Assembly: GCA_019359355.1 (NCBI GenBank)
Contig: JAHHHM010000015.1
Coordinates: 109,147 to 173,146 of the forward strand
Source of the DNA: Microcoleus vaginatus WJT46-NPBG5
Lineage (GTDB): Bacteria > Cyanobacteriota > Cyanobacteriia > Cyanobacteriales > Oscillatoriaceae
Direction of reading: 5' to 3'
DNA length: 64,000 bases
Under the pieces are notes generated by a model. It made no database searches. It was not told where the DNA came from and was given only the letters and a program-made list of their open reading frames with translations. Below, piece by piece: positions 58,473-64,000 of this stretch; position 1 is the first letter of the stretch, and every line of letters starts with the position of its first letter. A program made the position numbers and the translations under genes.

Positions 58473-59759
58473 TTAGCTATTGATGTAATAATCTCTTGTT
58501 CCTTTGGCGCTTAAGGCTTCACCCAGCCGGTTTAATGCATGGACATAAGCGGCTGTTCGCATGGAAATAGAAAGTTCTTGGGAGATTTTCCAAATTTGCT
58601 GGGTTTCCTCCACCATTTTGACTTTCAAGCGCTGATTAACTTCGTCCAGTGTCCAGTAAAATCCGCTGCGATTTTGTACCCACTCGAAATAGCTAACTGT
58701 GACGCCGCCGGCATTGACTAAAATATCTGGAAAGACGTAAACGCCTTTTTCTTCTAGAATTTTATCGGCAGCAGAAGTGGTCGGGCCGTTCGCAACTTCA
58801 AAGATATACTTAGCCTTGATGTTATTGACATTCGCCTCAGTAATTTGATTTTCTAAAGCAGCGGGAATCAAAATATCTACGTCTAAGCCTAAAAGTTCCT
58901 CATTAGTGATCACTTCATGTTCAATAACATTGCAAACGGTATCTTCGCAGTAAATCGCTTGGATACCTTTATGAGACTCTTTGAACCGGCGGATGCTGGG
59001 AATATCTAAGCCTTTTTTGGCATAAACTCCCCCTTGGGAATCACTCACCGCCACGACTTTATAACCGGCTTTGGAAAGCAGTTGTGCCAAATGTGCGCCG
59101 GCATTTCCAAAACCCTGTACGGCAACGGTTGTGGCTTCCGGGGGCTGCTCAAATTTCGGCATCAGCGCTTCAATTGTATAGAATGCGCCGACTGCGGTTG
59201 CCGTATCGCGCCCCAAGCTTCCTCCGATGGCAAGTGGCTTGCCGGTGACAACGGCTGGAGAAAGTTGACGGCGAATAATACTGTACTGATCCATATACCA
59301 ACCCATAATCATCGGGTTTGTATAAACATCTGGGGCAGGAATATCGACATCAGGGCCGATAAAGTCTGCGATCGCATCAATATAACCCCGACTCAAACGT
59401 TCCAATTCCAGTTTGGAAAGTTCTTTAGGATTAACCGTTACCCCACCTTTTGCCCCGCCAAACGGTAAGTTTAAGACTGCACATTTAAATGTCATCCAAA
59501 AGGCTAAAGATTGCACTTCATCCATACAAACATTTGGATGATATCGCACCCCGCCTTTCCCCGGCCCGCGTGTATCGTCATAGCGAACCCGATAGCCTTG
59601 AAAAATTCGCAAAGAACCATTATCCATGCGTACAGGAATCGAGACGCTTAAACTGGTTTTCGGATATTTTAAGCGTTCGATCGCATCTTCTGAAACTGAT
59701 GCGTATTTTAAGGCTTTTTCTAGTCTCTTACTAGCATCTGCAAATAGTGATTCTGACAT
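58473..59759 (-). CDS. gdhA: NADP-specific glutamate dehydrogenase (Glu/Leu/Phe/Val dehydrogenase family)
   Basis: Catalytic motif GGAKGG and the Rossmann motif VQGFGNAG. Length is 428 aa. Confidence 0.9.
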   Translation of the reverse strand: MSESLFADASKRLEKALKYASVSEDAIERLKYPKTSLSVSIPVRMDNGSLRIFQGYRVRYDDTRGPGKGGVRYHPNVCMDEVQSLAFWMTFKCAVLNLPFGGAKGGVTVNPKELSKLELERLSRGYIDAIADFIGPDVDIPAPDVYTNPMIMGWYMDQYSIIRRQLSPAVVTGKPLAIGGSLGRDTATAVGAFYTIEALMPKFEQPPEATTVAVQGFGNAGAHLAQLLSKAGYKVVAVSDSQGGVYAKKGLDIPSIRRFKESHKGIQAIYCEDTVCNVIEHEVITNEELLGLDVDILIPAALENQITEANVNNIKAKYIFEVANGPTTSAADKILEEKGVYVFPDILVNAGGVTVSYFEWVQNRSGFYWTLDEVNQRLKVKMVEETQQIWKISQELSISMRTAAYVHALNRLGEALSAKGTRDYYINS

Positions 59760-60431
59760 TTAAGTATTTGCTCCTTTTAGCAGTTGCAATCCGCACATTA
59801 GTTTCTTGCAGGGACTTTGTGCGAGGATGACCCTACAATTTTTTCACTTATATTTGCACCACAATTCAGAGGCTTTCGCTGATCCCGGTTAATCTAAACC
59901 GAACAAACAAGAAAGCCGGTGACTCGCAAATTTCCCCATCCAAACATCCAACAGTGGGGCTTGTTGAATCGATACTTATAACAAAACCTAATTAGAGAGA
60001 AAAGATTTTTAAACCTCTCTATTTCAATTATTGTATCGATTTACACAAAATGTCAAATAATATCAGGCTATGCTGATTCGTTTGTTTATTTACGATTTAT
60101 GACGGCTTCAGGGAGCCGGGAATCATAACCGCCTGCCCGTCCTAGCCGACTTGCCAACCCCAATGGGCTACAGATAATGGCCAAAAGAATGTGAGGAAAC
60201 CCCTGAACGAACGAGCATCCCGCACGAAAATATCTGTTAGGGTGAGGAAATCCTGTCTGGGAACAATCATATTGTTGCTGCACAACAGAAAGCGAAGCTA
60301 TAAACTAAAAGTAAGGGTTTGGCATCAATCCCAGCTTTGTTTTCAAAGGCAGTTGTTCAATCAACCCAAACTGGCAGGGTGATCGAAGGTCGCTGAGCTT
60401 CAAGCAATGTTTAATTTAGGCTGAAATCATT

Positions 60432-61034
60432 ATGCTAGAACTCCTAGCCGCGCTCTCTGCGTCTGCGGCAGGGGGAATGAGGATCGCCCTGCCCCTCCTG
60501 TTAATTGGCTTATTGGAAAGTGATAAGCTGTGGTCTCGCGTGCCGTTGCTGTCTCGCATCTCGCCGCCGGTGGTTCTGGGAGTCCTAGTTAGTTGGTCGC
60601 TGTTTGAGCTATTTGCGTCTAAAAAGTTTTTGGGGCAGCGCGTCCTGCAAATTGTCCAACTGTTATTTAGCCCAATTGTGGGTGCGATTATGGGCATGGC
60701 AATTGCTGAGGCAACCTTCGCCCAACCAAATGCCCCACCGCCTCTATTTGTGTGGATTATTGGGCTAGTCGGGGGTTTGTTGGCATTGGTGTTGCAACTG
60801 GTTCAAGCCGGCTGGTTTTACCGGCTGCGCGGATTACCCTTGCCGGTGATTTTAGCGCAGGATATCCTCTGCATTTGCCTCGTTCTGTTTGCCTTTGATG
60901 CCCCTACACAGGGAGGCTTAATTGCTTTAATACTGCTGTGGCTGGCGATTCGCAGTTCTAAGGAGTGGTATAACTGGTATGTCAAACAAGGGCCGGCTAA
61001 AAACCCCCGTCGCTATAAAAGAAATCCCGATTGA
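60432..61034 (+). CDS. Hypothetical polytopic membrane protein, DUF4126-like
   Basis: 200-aa ORF with 4-5 hydrophobic helices. Confidence 0.5.
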   Translation: MLELLAALSASAAGGMRIALPLLLIGLLESDKLWSRVPLLSRISPPVVLGVLVSWSLFELFASKKFLGQRVLQIVQLLFSPIVGAIMGMAIAEATFAQPNAPPPLFVWIIGLVGGLLALVLQLVQAGWFYRLRGLPLPVILAQDILCICLVLFAFDAPTQGGLIALILLWLAIRSSKEWYNWYVKQGPAKNPRRYKRNPD

Positions 61035-61260
61035 GTCTGGATTGCATTCACCGGCTTACCCCTCACCGGATGCGACAAATAAGATTTGCAACCAAATTAT
61101 TAAAAAAAAGACCGAATAGCCGCAAAATCACTACAATTTGATCCGTAAAGTGAGCGGTTTTCGCTATTTACCTTAAAGAAGCGCTTCGTTACGGTCGCCC
61201 TTGGTGCACTACTAGCTGTCAAAAACGCTCACAACAGACAACTAGAAGAACACAGATATT

Positions 61261-63261
61261 ATGACCAATATTTTTTGGGTGGCTTTGAAACTTTGTCCAC
61301 CGATTGTGGGATGTACTTTGCTTGCTACCACTGGCGTTTTTGCGGCTGAGCCGATGCTGCCATCTTGCTGTAATCTTGCAAGTTTAGTAAAAAAAATAGA
61401 AACCTGTGCCGGTGAAATGAATTGTGGCACAAGCGAACAAAGTCTTCAGAATCCAGGAATCTTGGCCCCACGAGGACAGAAACACGAGGGCGTTGAGAAG
61501 AAATTAGTTGCACAAATTACGCAACCTGAGCCAAAAACTCACACTCTGCCGGCTTCTTCCTTGCCTTCTACACCGGCTGTCTCACAACAATTGAATTTGA
61601 ATTCCCTCAGTGTGATGGCAGTGCCTCGCATTGCGCCGAAAAAAGCGCTGAGGGCAATAGACGCTTCCCAGATCAATGCCGGCACAGAGGAATTGAGCGA
61701 TCCACTCGCTCAGGTAACTTCGGTTTCTCAACTATCGGATGTGCAGCCGACAGATTGGGCATTCCAAGCTTTGCAAAACTTAGTTGAGCGCTACGGTGCG
61801 ATATCGGGCTATCCAGACGGAACCTTTCGTGGCAACCGGGCGATGACGCGCTACGAATTCGCTGCCGGTTTGAATGCAGCCCTCGAAGCCATCAATCAAC
61901 TACTCAGCACAAGTGAGCCAGAGGGGGTGCGTCAGGAAGATTTGGCGACACTGCAACGTTTAAGCGCAGATTTTGGCACAGAATTAGCACAAGTACGGGC
62001 GCGAATTGATACGCTACAAGCACGCGGAGATGAACTAGAGGCGAATCAGTTTTCTACAACAACCAAGCTTAACGGTTTGGTTAGTTTCAATGTGGCGAAA
62101 GCAAACGCCGGCGGAGATGTCAGAGTTGAAAGAACTGATCCCAATGACATTTTTAGTACGGCGGCGCGAGGGGCTGATGGCAAGCCAATCGTTACCACAG
62201 TCGAGGAAGATGCCAACCTCACCTTTAGTGAGAGCATTGTCTTGTTTCTCACCACATCCTTCACCGGCAAGGATAATTTGTTTATAACTTTGCAGGCCGG
62301 CAATGGCAATACTTCTGCAAATCACTATACGTCTGCCGGTTTTTATGGCACTTTTGGGGCACCAGTTTTAGACTTAACGCCTAGTGCGGTTGCCAATGAT
62401 TTGGTTTTGTCGGAAGCTGCCTACTCGTTTCCCGTAAACGATTCGTTGCAAGTCGTGGTGGCTCCCCGGATCTTGTGGCTACGCTATTTTGACACAAACT
62501 CGTTTACCTCTGGCGCTGGCAAGGGCGCGACTGGCAACAATACGTTTGGCAGTCCTCTTGTCCAAGATCCTGGAAGGGGAGCCGGTGCTTTCGTGCTTTG
62601 GCGTTTGAATGAACAGTTGAATCTGAATTTGGGCTATGTGGCAAGCCCTGCTGCCGGTAGCCCCAGCACAGGGTTATTTAATGGCACCCGTGCTTTTACG
62701 GCTCAACTGACTTATTCTCCCATTCGCACGATTAATCTCAGGTTCCTCTATGATCGCTCAACCATTCAGCCGGTTGATGGACAAATTAGAACTCGACCGA
62801 TTATGGGGGCAGCAGATGACGGTTTTGGTGGGGCGCTTGAGGATGCCACCGCTGACACTTTTGGATTTAATTTTGATTGGTTAGCCACGCCTCGCTTGGG
62901 CTTTTTTGGGCGATATACTTACGCAAAGACCCATTTAGAACCGGCAACTAGAGGTGTGGCAAGTGGCGACATTCGGGCGCAGTCGGTGCAATTGGGCGTT
63001 GCTTTCCCCGATCTCGGTAAACGGGGGGCAATGGCGACACTGGCGTATGTAGTGCCGTTTAGTGTTTTGGATGGCCGGCAATTTCTAGTTTCAGGTGCCG
63101 GTGATGGGGGGATCGAGTATGAGGTTGAGCTGACTTATTATTTGCCGGTGACGGATAATATTGCAATTCTTCCGGCCTTTTATTTTGTCGGCAATGCCAA
63201 TAATTTTGACGACAACCCAAATATCTATGTAGGGACTGTGCAAACACAATTTTCGTTCTAA
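61261..63261 (+). CDS. Outer-membrane porin with an N-terminal SLH domain and a C-terminal OprB-family beta-barrel (SomA/SomB-like)
   Basis: Signal peptide. SLH motif (QPTDWAFQALQNLVERYGAISGYPDGTFRGNRAMTRYEFAAGLN), a coiled-coil linker, and a long barrel with alternating hydrophobic residues that ends in ...QTQFSF. Confidence 0.8.
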   Translation: MTNIFWVALKLCPPIVGCTLLATTGVFAAEPMLPSCCNLASLVKKIETCAGEMNCGTSEQSLQNPGILAPRGQKHEGVEKKLVAQITQPEPKTHTLPASSLPSTPAVSQQLNLNSLSVMAVPRIAPKKALRAIDASQINAGTEELSDPLAQVTSVSQLSDVQPTDWAFQALQNLVERYGAISGYPDGTFRGNRAMTRYEFAAGLNAALEAINQLLSTSEPEGVRQEDLATLQRLSADFGTELAQVRARIDTLQARGDELEANQFSTTTKLNGLVSFNVAKANAGGDVRVERTDPNDIFSTAARGADGKPIVTTVEEDANLTFSESIVLFLTTSFTGKDNLFITLQAGNGNTSANHYTSAGFYGTFGAPVLDLTPSAVANDLVLSEAAYSFPVNDSLQVVVAPRILWLRYFDTNSFTSGAGKGATGNNTFGSPLVQDPGRGAGAFVLWRLNEQLNLNLGYVASPAAGSPSTGLFNGTRAFTAQLTYSPIRTINLRFLYDRSTIQPVDGQIRTRPIMGAADDGFGGALEDATADTFGFNFDWLATPRLGFFGRYTYAKTHLEPATRGVASGDIRAQSVQLGVAFPDLGKRGAMATLAYVVPFSVLDGRQFLVSGAGDGGIEYEVELTYYLPVTDNIAILPAFYFVGNANNFDDNPNIYVGTVQTQFSF

Positions 63262-64000
63262 CTGAGTTCTTGGCGCTGTAGTAACACCTGATATCCGGTT
63301 GAACGACTCATCCGAGGTTTTTGAACGCTTGCCGGCATCACAACAGTGCCGGTGTCTTGATCTGGCTGCGCTGAAATCTCCACAGAAATATGAATTTCTT
63401 GTAAAGAGATTTGAGAAGATAGTGTAAAGCCGTAGATATTGAGATTTTGCATCATCTATCTTAGGAGGTATATTTACGGAGTAATAATCCCTAGTTCAGC
63501 TAAACAGACTGAGCGTGAGACCCGGATTTCTCACCACGATTTCCAAAGGCTCATAAAACCTAGATTGACGGTCAAATACGGCGTTCAACACTCCGTCAAA
63601 ATTTTTGGTCTGTCAAAAATATCCAAAACCCCTTCTAGGTAAAGGTTTTGAGGAATGTAATCGCGAACTTGTGAGAAATTAGGGTCAGAGCCATTAGCTC
63701 ATAAGATTACTGAAATCAGGTTTTCGTCTAACCACTCGTCCCGGCTGTGGATACAGCCTCTACTAGATCAAGCATATGCTTTAACCAGTTCCTTGTGAGC
63801 TAAAAGATTCTTGCTCCCATTGAGAAGGCGCGATAATTGACCTTGCTGCTCTAATTGCTGCTGCCGTTCCCTTATACCAAATCCGGTTATGCTAGACTAC
63901 TTATGTTTTCTCAAAATAAATTTGATAACAATTATGCCGAGAAAAGCCTACTTAGCCGATTATCTCACGCCAAGTGAACTGAAAGAAAAGTATCTAAAAG

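Noticed and set aside
1-64000. Search for tRNA or rRNA genes and for canonical HIP1 enrichment
   Set aside because: No tRNA T-arm/acceptor signatures (GGTTCGAATCC-like) or rRNA-like stretches were found by eye. HIP1 (GCGATCGC) occurs only about 3 times, at 53613, 54055 and 59364, which is near chance.

Overview
This 64-kb window reads as a chromosomal segment of a cyanobacterium. The evidence is the nitrate-assimilation gene set, the NtcA-type GTA-N8-TAC boxes, the STRR-like heptamer repeats, many PAS/HEAT/Uma2 family genes, and a GC content near 48%. The window breaks down as follows. (1) 1-10.6 kb, all on the minus strand: a complete nitrate/nitrite assimilation cluster in the order nirA, nrtA, nrtB, nrtC, nrtD, an MFS permease of the NrtP type, and narB (cut at the window edge). 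NirA carries a C-terminal plant-type [2Fe-2S] ferredoxin fusion. NrtD carries an unusual C-terminal extension of about 190 aa that contains a membrane anchor. An HPP-family gene (putative nitrite transporter) sits divergently upstream of nirA, and the siroheme-branch gene cobA lies nearby. (2) 10.6-12.25 kb: a 1.6-kb AT-rich non-coding stretch with two NtcA-like boxes, a transposase-like remnant and tandem repeats. (3) 13-16.3 kb: a large NACHT-HEAT STAND NTPase followed by a small KilAC-like ORF. (4) 20.6-37.5 kb: an array of signalling genes, with four giant PAS histidine kinases laid out as a duplicated B-A-B-A pattern plus two paralogous response regulators, one of them REC-GGDEF-EAL. (5) 38-47 kb: secreted, lipoprotein and housekeeping genes, including a CAP-domain protein, a Uma2 endonuclease, an SLH-GHL10 protein, RidA and DapL. 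(6) 47.3-51 kb: a low-GC island of roughly 30% GC. It holds an overlapping two-gene AriA/AriB-like pair (ABC ATPase plus DUF4435/TOPRIM), which is a PARIS-type anti-phage candidate. Next to it are a truncated Uma2 gene and a toxin-antitoxin module whose Doc toxin is frameshifted. (7) 51-64 kb: housekeeping genes (sdhA, msrP, gdhA, an SLH-OprB porin and others). Across the whole window the palindromic octamer TGCCGGCA, and more broadly RCCGGC, is strikingly over-represented in both coding and non-coding DNA, and it is absent from the low-GC island. This is a HIP-like genome signature and it is not the canonical HIP1 (GCGATCGC). No tRNA, rRNA or CRISPR array was found.
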